From Acidimicrobiia bacterium (GTDB taxonomy: Bacteria; Actinomycetota; Acidimicrobiia; Spongiisociales; UBA11373): a DNA stretch of 56,258 nucleotides. Positions 1 to 9,482 of the stretch are shown here, in pieces. Within the stretch, counting starts at the first letter, position 1, and every line of letters starts with the position of its first letter. The stretch covers positions 186,001 to 242,258 of the forward strand of contig JBBDMM010000012.1 in assembly GCA_040878325.1 (NCBI GenBank), written 5' to 3'. Made by a program: the position numbers and the translations under genes. A model generated the notes under the pieces. It was not told the DNA's origin and did no database searches. It saw nothing but the letters and a program-made list of their open reading frames with translations.

Positions 1-2
1 TC

Positions 3-782
3 CTTTCGGTCTCGGACCCGTTCTCGCTGGCGGAGCGTCGCTCGAGCATCGGCGAGGTCGACCGCCTCACGGTCTATCCGCGGATCGAAGCGCTCGTCGG
101 ACTGCCGGTGGTGAGGGGACTCGACCCCACGGTCAACTCGACCCGGCCGACGTCGGCCCCCTTCGGCGGAGAGGACTTCTTCACCCTCCGCGAGTACCAG
201 GTTGGCGACGACCTTCGCAAAGTCCATTGGCCCAGTTCGGCGAAGCGCGACGAGTTGATGATCAAGCAGCTCGAGGTGCCGTGGCAGAACCGGGCGCTGG
301 TGCTGCTCGACACTCGCTCTCACCGCTATCCGATCCCGGAGGCCTTCGAACAGGCGGTGCGAGGAGCTGCCTCCGCGTTTGTCCACCTCCACCGGGCCGG
401 ATTCAGCCCCGAGTTATGGTCGGGCGTCCGCACGCGCAGCCGGTCGTTGAATCGCTACGCCGAGGCGATGGAGACACTTGCGACCATCCATGCAGGTGAC
501 CGCCTCGACCTTCGCAACACAGTGAGCCGGCTTCTGCGGCACGGCGGCGGAGGCGGTGCCCTGGTCCTGGTGACCGGTACGCCGGACGAGGGCTTGCGGG
601 GAGCCCACCGGTTGCTCGCCGGCCAGTTCAGCCAGACGATCGTGATGGCAGTCACCGACGATCCCGACACCGCTTCCTCGCGGCTCCTCGGCATGAACGC
701 GGTGACCGTCACCATCGGGACCCAGGGCCGCTGGGCGCCCTCGTGGCGGGCGGCGATGGAGGTGACATGGGCTACCGCCTGA
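3..782 (+). CDS. DUF58 domain protein (MoxR-associated, vWA-like), 5'-truncated by window edge
   Basis: Frame open from base 3 (SDPFSL...LTVYPR); LREYQVGDDLRKVHWPSSAK and LLDTR motifs typical of DUF58; precedes a transglutaminase gene. Confidence 0.9.
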   Translation, partial: LSVSDPFSLAERRSSIGEVDRLTVYPRIEALVGLPVVRGLDPTVNSTRPTSAPFGGEDFFTLREYQVGDDLRKVHWPSSAKRDELMIKQLEVPWQNRALVLLDTRSHRYPIPEAFEQAVRGAASAFVHLHRAGFSPELWSGVRTRSRSLNRYAEAMETLATIHAGDRLDLRNTVSRLLRHGGGGGALVLVTGTPDEGLRGAHRLLAGQFSQTIVMAVTDDPDTASSRLLGMNAVTVTIGTQGRWAPSWRAAMEVTWATA

Positions 783-3148
783 CATGGGTGGCAGGGGTCG
801 CCGCCATCTCTCTCGCGCTGGCACGGGTGGCGCGCCTACTTCTTCCCTCGTCGAGCGGGCTCCCCTGGGAGATCCTGCTCATCGCCGCCGCGGTACTGGG
901 GGCAACGATTACCTGGGCGGCGGCGGCCTACCGGGTGCCGGGGGCGTTGCTCGCCATCATCCACCTCGCCGCGATGACGGTAACGGTCGTCCGGGTGGCG
1001 GTTCCGGACACGACCTGGTTCATCTTCCCGACCCGCGCCTCCTTCACCGCGTTGGGCGCCGAGCTCACCTTTGCGCGCGATGTGATTCGGGCGGGCATCG
1101 CTCCGGTCCTCCCGCTCGCCGGGCTCGTCGCCATCCTTGCCATCGTGTTCTGGGCGATGGGCGCCCTCCTCGCGTGGGGCCTGCTCACCGGCCGACCCTA
1201 CGTCGCGGTCCTGACCCCTCTCGTCGTGTATCTCGAGTTCGCGGTCCTCGACAGCCGCATCGGCGGCTTGTGGACCACGGGATACATGGCGTTGATCGGC
1301 TTCACCCTCATCGCGGTGACGATCGACCATCGGCGGGAAGGCACCGGCCTGTTGAAATCGGCCAGGCGGGGAGGACGCCTCCGACGAACGATCCCGCTCG
1401 TCGGGCTGACGACGCTGCTCGCCACGGTGCTGGTGGCGAGCAATGCCAGCCAGGCGATAGCCGACCTCGTGCCACGGAGAGGATTCCTCGACTGGCAGGG
1501 CACCAGCAAGCTGTCCGGCGATTTCTTCGGCAGCATCGCCTACAACCCGTTCGTCGGCATCCAGCAGAGCCTCGTCGCCCAGACGAATGTGCCCGTGTTC
1601 GTGTTCGAGCCCGAGTCGGGGCACCCGGCCGACCAGGTGTACTGGCGGCTGTTGACACTCGACGCGTTCGACGGAGATCAATGGCACGCGGGCAACTCCC
1701 GCCTCGAGGGATTCGACGAGGTGGCGACCTTCGAGGCTCGGGGCGCCGCCTTTGCCGGACCCCGGTCGAGCTTCCGGGCCACGGTGACGATCCTCGCCCT
1801 GCAAATGGATTGGCTGCCGGCGCCGTACGCCCCGGTGTCTCTCGACACCGACGAGGACTCGGTACGCAGCGGAATCCGCTTGCGTCCGGGCGACGGGTCG
1901 ATCCACTTCGACGCCCTGACCTTCCGGGGGATGGCTTACACCGTCGAATCGGAGATCCCGCAGCCGAGCATCGACATCCTCAGCCGGCTTGACGATGGCA
2001 CCCCCTCGACGATCTTCCGTTCGGCGATCGAGACCGGAGACTTCGGTCTCGTCGGAGTCGACCTGCCGACGATCGTGAACCGCTCGCTGCCCGACGCTGA
2101 GGCGCATCTCGAACTCCCCGACGAACTCGACCCGCGCATCCAACTGCTCGCCGAGTCACAGGTCGAGGGCCTCGAGACCGACTACGAACGAGCACTCTCT
2201 CTGGAGAACTTCTTCCGGAGGCGGGGGAACTTCGCCTACTCCCTCGAGGTCCCTCCCGGTCACGGCGCCGCCGAACTCGTCAATTGGCTGCTCGAGCCTG
2301 ATAGCGCCAACTACCGCACCGGCTACTGCGAGCAGTTCGCCACGAGCATGGCTGTGATGGCGCGCACCATCGGGATCCCCAGCCGCGTCGTGCTCGGGTT
2401 CACCCCGGGGAACACGCTCGAGGACGGGCGCCTCGTGATCCGCGACCGTAACGCCCACGCTTGGGTGGAGCTGTGGATGCCAAGCCAGGGCTGGGTGAAG
2501 TTCGATCCGACGCCCCGCACCGACGGGATCAACCCTCCCGCCGCCGATGACCTTCCGTTCCGGGCGGCCGACCATCTCGACGCCGCCCAGGCCGAGACCC
2601 GTCCTCGCCCCGAGCCCGGGGGGACCCCCGTCACGACGGTCCCCACCACCGTCCCGTTCTCGCCCGACGGAGGCCTCGGCGGAGAGACTCCGATCGACCT
2701 GCCGGCACGAACCCGTTCGCTGCTGATCCCGTTGCTGGTTCTTGGTGTCGCCCTGGTGCTGGTGCCGTCGATCAAGTTCGTGCGCCGGCGCCGCCGGATC
2801 ACGCGGCTCCAGCGCGGTGACGTCTCGGGTGCCTGGCAGGAGATCGTCGACCAGCTGGCCGATCTCGGCACCGAATTGCATCGCTCCGAAACCCCCTCCG
2901 AACTGGCGGCCCAGGTCGGCTCGGTGCTCACGCCGCTTGCCGACGTGTACTCGGAGTCGGCCTACGGTCCCGGCGCCCCGCTGTCCAGCCGCCGGATCGC
3001 CACCGCCTCCCGCTCCCTGACGGAGACGGAGGCCGAGCTGGCCAGAGAGAACTCGATCTTCAGGCGAATCGGCGCGAGGTACCGGGTGAGATCGCTCTTG
3101 CGCAAACGCAATACGCAATACGCAATACGCAATACGAAGGAACGCTGA
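767..3148 (+). CDS. Transglutaminase-like membrane protein (TgpA/DUF3488 type)
   Basis: Multi-TM N-terminus; GYCEQFAT, HAWVE and FDPTP give the Cys-His-Asp triad; ATG 767 follows GGAGGTGA. Confidence 0.9.
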   Translation: MGYRLTWVAGVAAISLALARVARLLLPSSSGLPWEILLIAAAVLGATITWAAAAYRVPGALLAIIHLAAMTVTVVRVAVPDTTWFIFPTRASFTALGAELTFARDVIRAGIAPVLPLAGLVAILAIVFWAMGALLAWGLLTGRPYVAVLTPLVVYLEFAVLDSRIGGLWTTGYMALIGFTLIAVTIDHRREGTGLLKSARRGGRLRRTIPLVGLTTLLATVLVASNASQAIADLVPRRGFLDWQGTSKLSGDFFGSIAYNPFVGIQQSLVAQTNVPVFVFEPESGHPADQVYWRLLTLDAFDGDQWHAGNSRLEGFDEVATFEARGAAFAGPRSSFRATVTILALQMDWLPAPYAPVSLDTDEDSVRSGIRLRPGDGSIHFDALTFRGMAYTVESEIPQPSIDILSRLDDGTPSTIFRSAIETGDFGLVGVDLPTIVNRSLPDAEAHLELPDELDPRIQLLAESQVEGLETDYERALSLENFFRRRGNFAYSLEVPPGHGAAELVNWLLEPDSANYRTGYCEQFATSMAVMARTIGIPSRVVLGFTPGNTLEDGRLVIRDRNAHAWVELWMPSQGWVKFDPTPRTDGINPPAADDLPFRAADHLDAAQAETRPRPEPGGTPVTTVPTTVPFSPDGGLGGETPIDLPARTRSLLIPLLVLGVALVLVPSIKFVRRRRRITRLQRGDVSGAWQEIVDQLADLGTELHRSETPSELAAQVGSVLTPLADVYSESAYGPGAPLSSRRIATASRSLTETEAELARENSIFRRIGARYRVRSLLRKRNTQYAIRNTKER

Positions 3149-3180
3149 GAACTCTGGCGTATCGCGAATCGCGTATCGCG
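3107..3180. repeat. Two heptamer tandem arrays forming an imperfect inverted repeat between convergent genes
   Basis: (CGCAATA)x4 at 3107-3134; GCGTATC-GCGAATC-GCGTATC-GCG at 3157-3180. Confidence 0.85.
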
Positions 3181-3183
3181 GGC

Positions 3184-3672
3184 CTACCCCTCCGCCTCCG
3201 CCTGGACGTCGTCCTCGACGCGGCGGAGCATCTCGAGGAAGTGCTCCCGGTCGAGCTCGAAGCGGGTCACGTCCTCTTCGACCTGTCGGGTGATCTCGTC
3301 GATGGCCACGAAGAAAGCCAACTGGCCCTCTCGCAACGCGTCGACCAACTCCCCCTCGTCGCTGGCCACCTTGAAAATCGACTGACCGTCGGTGACGAGC
3401 TTCACCTCGGCGAGGTGCTGATCCATGTCGGCGGTACGACGCAGGTAGTCCCACGCCCGACGCACCCGCTGGACCGACATGCCGTTGTCGAGCAGGCTCT
3501 TGACAACACGCAAGGCGACGAGATCGCGGAACGAGTAGAGGCGGCGCTTGCCGGGTCTGCCCCCGGTGCCCTGGATCGAGGGCTGTATCAGCCTGACACG
3601 GTCCCAGTATCGGAGTTGATGCGCGGTGCAATCAGTGAGACGGCATGCCTGCTGTGCGGTGAACCCTTCCAA
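3184..3672 (-). CDS. MerR-family transcriptional regulator (Rv1830-like)
   Basis: QLRYWDRVRLIQPS...RRLYSFRDLVALRVVKSLLDNG; GQLAF tail; likely TTG start at 3672 after a purine-rich RBS. Confidence 0.85.
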   Translation of the reverse strand: MEGFTAQQACRLTDCTAHQLRYWDRVRLIQPSIQGTGGRPGKRRLYSFRDLVALRVVKSLLDNGMSVQRVRRAWDYLRRTADMDQHLAEVKLVTDGQSIFKVASDEGELVDALREGQLAFFVAIDEITRQVEEDVTRFELDREHFLEMLRRVEDDVQAEAEG

Positions 3673-3747
3673 ACCTTCCTCTCTCCCTCCAAGGTCGTCC
3701 ACCTAACGCAGCGGCCGACGACTCAGTCTCCCCAGAGGTTGGCGACT

Positions 3748-4080
3748 CTAGCGGCTGCGCCAGCGCCGCCGCATCCGCCCCACCATCGACCCGGGTGACG
3801 CGGCACCAACTCCCGAACGCTTCCTCAAGATCGCGACCATCCACGCCGCGCTCATCACCATCCCGGCGAATCCAAACAGTGCGACGAGGGTCAGCCGCGT
3901 GAAGAACGCGAGCATCAGCACGAACCCGACCACCATCCCCAGGAACGCCCACTTCAGTCGACCGCGCGACACCGAAGCCAGCGTCGCATCGCGCACGGTC
4001 TCGGCGAGACGAGGATCCTCCTGATAGAACTGCCGCTCGATCTCTTCGAGGATGCGCTGTTCTCTGTCATCGAGGGGCAT
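3748..4080 (-). CDS. DUF3040 membrane protein
   Basis: MPLDDREQRILEEIERQFYQEDPRLA followed by two TM helices. Confidence 0.85.
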   Translation of the reverse strand: MPLDDREQRILEEIERQFYQEDPRLAETVRDATLASVSRGRLKWAFLGMVVGFVLMLAFFTRLTLVALFGFAGMVMSAAWMVAILRKRSGVGAASPGSMVGRMRRRWRSR

Positions 4081-4248
4081 CGCGTTCTCCGGCAGGTGGG
4101 CGGCTGAGTATACCGAGCGTGCCCTGTTTGGCACCGAGTGATCGAGGCGGATCTCCCTCGGCATCGAGCGGACAAGCGCGCGCCACCGCGGACGATCCGA
4201 AGGGCTCCACTACCCCCCGGCACTTGCCGCCACCTACACTCCCCCGCC

Positions 4249-4881
4249 GTGCTCGAACGCCTTCATCTGGTGCGCCACGGCGAGGTCGCGAACCCCGACG
4301 GGGTGGTGTACGCCGACCTGCCGGGGTTCTCGCTGTCCGCGGCCGGACGCGCCCAGGCTGCGGCCAGCGCCCGCTACCTCCAGGCCCGTGGGCCCGAAGC
4401 AGTGGTTTCTTCTCCGCTCGACCGCGCATTGGAAACGGCCGGGGCGATCGCCGACTCGATCGGGGTGGCGGTGACGACCGACGACCGTCTGCTCGAATGG
4501 CGATTGTCCGGACGGTGGGCCGGGGTTCGCTGGGACGACCTCCCCTCCAGGTTCCCCGGAGAGGTCGAGGCCTACCTCGCCGCCCCCTACGACCTCGCCT
4601 TCGCGCCGGAGAGCATCGACGAAGTCGCCGCACGCATGGCCGCTCTGGTGATGTCCCTCGATTCCGCCGATCTCAAGGACGCGGTACTGGTCTCTCACCA
4701 GGACCCACTACAGGCGCTCCGGGTATTCCTCGTCGGCGGCACCCGGGAGTCCTTTACCACCGGCAAGCCGGGCCATGCTTCGGTGACGACCCTCGAGCGG
4801 GTCGGAGGACGCTGGCACGAGGTCGGTTACTGGGAACCGGAGGTCGACACGATCCCCTTCCCTCCACCGGGGCCCCCTTGA
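4249..4881 (+). CDS. Histidine phosphatase (phosphoglycerate mutase-like) family
   Basis: LVRHGE, SSPLDRALETA, VSH motifs; TACACT 8 nt before GTG. Confidence 0.85.
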   Translation: MLERLHLVRHGEVANPDGVVYADLPGFSLSAAGRAQAAASARYLQARGPEAVVSSPLDRALETAGAIADSIGVAVTTDDRLLEWRLSGRWAGVRWDDLPSRFPGEVEAYLAAPYDLAFAPESIDEVAARMAALVMSLDSADLKDAVLVSHQDPLQALRVFLVGGTRESFTTGKPGHASVTTLERVGGRWHEVGYWEPEVDTIPFPPPGPP

Positions 4882-5011
4882 TTCCCGGGACGGCCACGGC
4901 GGGGCTGGGGACCCCGCTCGTGGAGGAGGGCCGACCGACGTCTGTTCGGCCCGAAGGGCCGAGGTCGGCCCGGGAGTCAATTCGGCCACGGTCCGGCGGC
5001 ATAATGCGCCG

Positions 5012-5773
5012 GTGCTCCCCGCCCCCCTGATCGTCGCCACCGCACTCGGCGTTGCTTCCCTCACCGGGGCGATCCACCTCGCCGTCGACGAGACACCCTT
5101 CGCGCCGGGGGCTGCAGGTTTGATCGCCGTCGGGATGATGATCCTCGCCGTAACCGCCGTCGCCGGGGTGCTGCTTGCCCGCAGCCGCTGGTCGAGGCTC
5201 GCGGCTGCCGGCGTCGCCGCGGGGTGGATCGCCATTGCTGGGTCGAGTTCGGTATCGGGGTGGTCGGTTGCGACGATCGCCTCGGCCGGTCTCGCTCTCG
5301 CTGGGTCTCTAGGTCCGTGGCTGGCCAGGTGGCTGCGGCACCGGGCGTCGGCCGACGGGCCACCGCCGGCTGCAGTCGTCGCCCTGCTGCTGCTGCTCGC
5401 CACCCCCGCCGCGGTCGGCCTGGTCTCGGCAGGCGAGGTCGGGCTGCTCGGCTGGGTTCTCGCCGGCTGGTCCGTGGTGCTCGCCCTTGCACTCGCTCGG
5501 GCGATGGCGGGATCTCTCACCGTGGCCCGGGTGGTTCACCCGGTCCTGTCGGTTACCGCCGGTGTCACCGCCGGAGTCGCCGGGGCGGTGGTCCTGGGGC
5601 TGCTCGGCCTGGCGGTTGCGGGTCTCGCCTGGCGGCGGGAGGTGTCGATATCGGTGACCCCGCGCATGGCCGGCGGCGGACAAGGTGCGCTACGGATTCC
5701 ACCCGAGCTCGCCCCGCCCGACGTTCTCGACGCGGCCGGGGCGGATTCGACCGGCCGGGTGAGGCGGCCATGA
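5012..5773 (+). CDS. Hypothetical multi-pass membrane protein
   Basis: Several hydrophobic segments; CATAAT 6 nt before GTG; ATGA overlap with next gene. Confidence 0.7.
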   Translation: MLPAPLIVATALGVASLTGAIHLAVDETPFAPGAAGLIAVGMMILAVTAVAGVLLARSRWSRLAAAGVAAGWIAIAGSSSVSGWSVATIASAGLALAGSLGPWLARWLRHRASADGPPPAAVVALLLLLATPAAVGLVSAGEVGLLGWVLAGWSVVLALALARAMAGSLTVARVVHPVLSVTAGVTAGVAGAVVLGLLGLAVAGLAWRREVSISVTPRMAGGGQGALRIPPELAPPDVLDAAGADSTGRVRRP

Positions 5774-6051
5774 GACGGTTGCCCAACCCGTGGGTTGGCG
5801 TTCCGGCGCTACTCGCCGGGATCGCCGGCGGGATCGTCGCCTTCATCGTCACCGAAGCCTCGTGCGCTCCCGGGAGCTGCGCCGCGGTGGCTTCGATCAG
5901 TGCCGTCGTCGTCGGCCTGGGCATCGCCGCCGGAGTCGGAGTCGTGGCGGTACTCGCCTTGAAGTCGATCGACGAACATCGGACTCATCGCGAGCGGATG
6001 GTGCTCACGATGCTCGAAGGCGACACGCGACCCGAGGAACCCCCGGAGTGA
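5770..6051 (+). CDS. Small two-TM hypothetical protein (CxxxxC loop)
   Basis: MRRLPNPWVG...SCAPGSC; ATGA overlap with upstream gene. Confidence 0.65.
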   Translation: MRRLPNPWVGVPALLAGIAGGIVAFIVTEASCAPGSCAAVASISAVVVGLGIAAGVGVVAVLALKSIDEHRTHRERMVLTMLEGDTRPEEPPE

Positions 6052-6090
6052 CCCCCGTCTAGGGGGAGAGCGAATAGGCACCTGACTTCA

Positions 6091-7347
6091 TCAGGTCTCG
6101 GCGGTTTGGTGCGCCGCGAACACGAGGGCGGCGTTGTGGCCGCCAAATCCGAAAGAGTTGGTCATCGCATTCCGTACTGGCACCGCCCGGGCCTCATTGG
6201 GCACGTAGTCGAGATCGCACTCAGGGTCGGGGTTCTCGAGGTTGATCGTGGGCGGCACGATCCCGTCGCGAATCGAGAGAATGCACACCAGCGACTCGAG
6301 GGCGCCAGCCCCACCGAGAAGATGGCCGGTCATCGACTTGGTCGACGAGACGGGCGTCTTGTAGGCGTGGTCGCCGAAGACGGCCTTGATCGCCGCAGTT
6401 TCGGTCGAGTCGTTGGCTTGAGTCGATGTCCCGTGGGCGTTGATGTAGTCGATCGACTCGGGGCCGAGCCCGGCGTCTTCGATGGCGTTCTGCATCGCCC
6501 GGGCAGCGCCACCTCCCCCGGGGCGGGGCAAGGTGACGTGATAGGCGTCGGCGGACATCCCGTAGCCGACGATCTCTGCGTAGATCTTGGCCCCCCTGGC
6601 CAGGGCGTGCTCGCGCTCCTCGAGGATCAGCGTTGCGGCCCCCTCGCCCATCACGAACCCGTCGCGCTCGGCGTCGAAGGGGCGGCTGGCCCGCTCAGGC
6701 TCGTCGTTGCGGGTGGACAGGGCGCGGGCCTGGCTGAAGCCGGCCACGGCGAACTCGCAGATGGGCGCCTCGCCTCCGCCGGCAACCATCACGTCGGCGG
6801 CGTCGCGCTTGATCAACTCGGCCGCATCCCCGATGGCGTTGGCCGAAGCGGCGCAGGCGGTGACGATGCAGGTGTTGGGGCCCCGCAGGTTGAAGCGAAT
6901 CGACACCAGACCGGCGGCCATGTTCGAAATGATCTGGGTGATCGCCAACGGGCTCACTCGATCGGGGCCGCGTTGGCGCATCGTGTCGACCCCTTCCTGG
7001 AAGGAGATCATGCCGCCGATGCCAGAGCCGACGACCACGCCCGCCCGATGCGCCGCCGGGTCGTCATCCTCGTAGGCGATTCCCGCGTCCTCTATCGCCT
7101 GCTGGGTGGCCGCCCAGAAGAACTGGTCATACCGGTCGAGGCGGCGGGCCTCCTTGCGCTCGATGTACTGCTCGGGGTCGAAGTCCTTCACCTCGGCAGC
7201 GATGGTTGCCTTGTACCCGGAGGTGTCGAAAGCGGTGATCTGGCCCACACCAGATCTGCCTTCGAGAGCGGCCTTCCAGAACGACTCGACGTCATGCCCG
7301 AGCGGGTTGATCGTGCCGAGGCCGGTCACCACGACCCGCCGGGTCAT
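6091..7347 (-). CDS. fabF: 3-oxoacyl-ACP synthase II
   Basis: RVVVTGLG, TACA, INAHGTST, GHLLGGAG, NSFGFGGHN. Confidence 0.95.
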   Translation of the reverse strand: MTRRVVVTGLGTINPLGHDVESFWKAALEGRSGVGQITAFDTSGYKATIAAEVKDFDPEQYIERKEARRLDRYDQFFWAATQQAIEDAGIAYEDDDPAAHRAGVVVGSGIGGMISFQEGVDTMRQRGPDRVSPLAITQIISNMAAGLVSIRFNLRGPNTCIVTACAASANAIGDAAELIKRDAADVMVAGGGEAPICEFAVAGFSQARALSTRNDEPERASRPFDAERDGFVMGEGAATLILEEREHALARGAKIYAEIVGYGMSADAYHVTLPRPGGGGAARAMQNAIEDAGLGPESIDYINAHGTSTQANDSTETAAIKAVFGDHAYKTPVSSTKSMTGHLLGGAGALESLVCILSIRDGIVPPTINLENPDPECDLDYVPNEARAVPVRNAMTNSFGFGGHNAALVFAAHQTAET

Positions 7348-7348
7348 G

Positions 7349-7594
7349 TCAGCCACCGAGCTTCTGCATCACCAGGTCGACGGCCTGTCCGACCGTACCG
7401 ATCTGCTCGGCCTCCTCATCGGGGATGCTCACCCCGAAGTTGTCCTCGAGCGCCATGAGCAACTCGACGACCCCGAGCGAGTCGACTTCGAGATCCTCTT
7501 CGAAGGAGGCGGACATCGCGATCTTGTCACGATCGATGCCGAGCTCGTCGACGAGCAGGTCGGTCATCTTCGCTTCGACTTCGGATCGGTCCAT
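7349..7594 (-). CDS. acpP: Acyl carrier protein
   Basis: DLEVDSLGVVELLMALEDNFGVSIPDEEAEQI; AAAGGAG RBS; between fabG and fabF. Confidence 0.95.
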   Translation of the reverse strand: MDRSEVEAKMTDLLVDELGIDRDKIAMSASFEEDLEVDSLGVVELLMALEDNFGVSIPDEEAEQIGTVGQAVDLVMQKLGG

Positions 7595-7617
7595 GCTGGC
7601 TCCTTTGTTCTCAAGGC

Positions 7618-8361
7618 CTAGAACGACAGTCCGCCATCGACCACCAGCACCTGGCCGGTGACGTAGGAGGCCTCGTCCGAGGCAAGATAGCCCACCGCCG
7701 ACGCGATCTCGACAGGCGTCCCGAACCGCCCTACCGCGATGGAGGGCAACACCGCGTCGCGCACCTCCCCGCCCAGAGCGTCGGTCATGTCGGTCTCGAT
7801 GAAGCCGGGGGCGACCGCGTTGACGGTGATGCCGCGAGACCCCACCTCCTTGGCGATGGACTTGGTGAACCCGATCAGCCCGGCCTTGGCGGCGGCGTAG
7901 TTCGCCTGCCCGGGGTTGCCGGCGATGCCGGCGACCGAAGCGATCGAGACGATCCGGCCCCACCGCGCCTTGAGCATGCCTCGCAACGCCGCTTTGGTGG
8001 TCAGGAACGCCGAACTCAGGTTGGTGCGGATCACCGCGTCCCAGTCCTCGGGCTTCATCCGCAACAGGAGGCCGTCCGCAGTGATCCCGGCGTTGTTGAC
8101 GAGGATCTCGATCGGGCCGAACGCCTCTTCGACCGCGCCGAACATCGTCGCGACGGCCGCGGCGTCGCCGACGTCACCCTCGACGGCCACAGCCTCCCCA
8201 CCACCGGCGACGATCGCCGCGACCGTCTCTTCGGCAGCATCTCGCCGTGACCGGTAGTTGACGGCCACCCGATGGCCATCGGCTCCGAGCCTTTCGGCAA
8301 TCGCCCTGCCGATGCCGCGCGACCCGCCGGTCACCAGTGCGGCCCGCCCCGCCACCGTCAA
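7618..8361 (-). CDS. fabG: 3-oxoacyl-ACP reductase
   Basis: TGGSRGIG, NNAG, YAAAK, PGFIETDMT. Confidence 0.95.
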   Translation of the reverse strand: MTVAGRAALVTGGSRGIGRAIAERLGADGHRVAVNYRSRRDAAEETVAAIVAGGGEAVAVEGDVGDAAAVATMFGAVEEAFGPIEILVNNAGITADGLLLRMKPEDWDAVIRTNLSSAFLTTKAALRGMLKARWGRIVSIASVAGIAGNPGQANYAAAKAGLIGFTKSIAKEVGSRGITVNAVAPGFIETDMTDALGGEVRDAVLPSIAVGRFGTPVEIASAVGYLASDEASYVTGQVLVVDGGLSF

Positions 8362-9428
8362 ACGCCCTTGCCGTGAACGGCGACGTTGGGCTGCAGCAGC
8401 TCGAGGGCAGTAGCGGTGCTTGGAGGCAATTCAGCATATGAGGTACCACGGGGCGTGGTGCGTGCGCCCCACCTGTAGACGCAGGCGGCCCAGGTGAAAC
8501 CCCCACCGAACGCGGCGAACACGAGGTTGGAACCGCCCTGAATCCGCCCTTCCTCGAGCGCCTCCGTCAGGGCGATGGGAATCGTTGCCGCCGAGGTGTT
8601 CCCGTAGGAGGCGATGTTCACGTACACCTTGGCCGGGTCGAGCGACAAGCGGCGGGCGGTGGCATCGATGATCCGCACATTCGCCTGGTGAGGGATCAGC
8701 AGGTCGATGTCGCCGACCTCGAGCCCCGCCTTGGCGATCACCCTGGTCGAGGAATCGCCCATCGCCACGACTGCACGCCGGAACACGTCCTGGCCCTCCA
8801 TGAGGATCGAAGGCGCCTGCGAGTCGAGGGGGTTGCCCTCGGTCCCGGTTCCGGGAACGCAAAGCAGATCGCCGGCCGTGCCGTCGCTCCCGAGCTCGAA
8901 GGCCAGCAAGCCTCCTTCCTCGTCGCTCGCCTCGATCACCACGGCCCCGGCGCCATCGCCGAACAAGACGCTGGTGGAGCGGTTGGTGAAGTCGAGCCAG
9001 TAGGAGAGCTTCTCGGCACCGATCACCAGAATCCGCCGCATCGATCCCGCCCGGATCATCTGGTCGGCGGTCGAAAGCCCGAAGAGGAATCCCGAGCACG
9101 CCGCGTTCAAGTCCATGGCCGCCGCCCGGGTGGCGCCGATCTTGGCCTGCACCATGGTGCCCGCGCTCGGGATCAGCCGGTCGGGGCTGCAGGTCGCCAT
9201 GATGATGAGATCGATGTCCGTGGGTTCGAGACCGGCCGCGGCGATTGCGTGCCGGGCAGCCACCGCAGACATGTCGGATACCTCGACGTGGGAGATCCGG
9301 CGTTCCTTTATGCCGGTGCGGGTCGTTATCCAGTCGTCACTCGTGTCGGTCAGCGTCTCTAGATCGCTGTTGGTGAGGACGGCGGGAGGCAAACACTTTC
9401 CCCAGCCGGTGATGATGGCGTTAGGCAC
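8358..9428 (-). CDS. fabH: 3-oxoacyl-ACP synthase III
   Basis: AACSGF, FGDGAGA, PHQAN, GNTSAA. Confidence 0.95.
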   Translation of the reverse strand: MPNAIITGWGKCLPPAVLTNSDLETLTDTSDDWITTRTGIKERRISHVEVSDMSAVAARHAIAAAGLEPTDIDLIIMATCSPDRLIPSAGTMVQAKIGATRAAAMDLNAACSGFLFGLSTADQMIRAGSMRRILVIGAEKLSYWLDFTNRSTSVLFGDGAGAVVIEASDEEGGLLAFELGSDGTAGDLLCVPGTGTEGNPLDSQAPSILMEGQDVFRRAVVAMGDSSTRVIAKAGLEVGDIDLLIPHQANVRIIDATARRLSLDPAKVYVNIASYGNTSAATIPIALTEALEEGRIQGGSNLVFAAFGGGFTWAACVYRWGARTTPRGTSYAELPPSTATALELLQPNVAVHGKGV

Positions 9429-9482
9429 CGTGCACTCCTCCAGGTCTCCGATTCATGAGGCTACGCGGATGGCTGCGCTCTG

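Noticed and set aside
3720..3742. Imperfect palindrome CTCAGTCTC-CCA-GAGGTTG upstream of merR as an autoregulatory site
   Set aside because: Only 5 of 7 positions are symmetric; too weak without comparative data.
4878..4980. tRNA-Sec or glycine riboswitch
   Set aside because: No T-loop, UCA anticodon arm or glycine-aptamer motifs; kept only as an unassigned structure.
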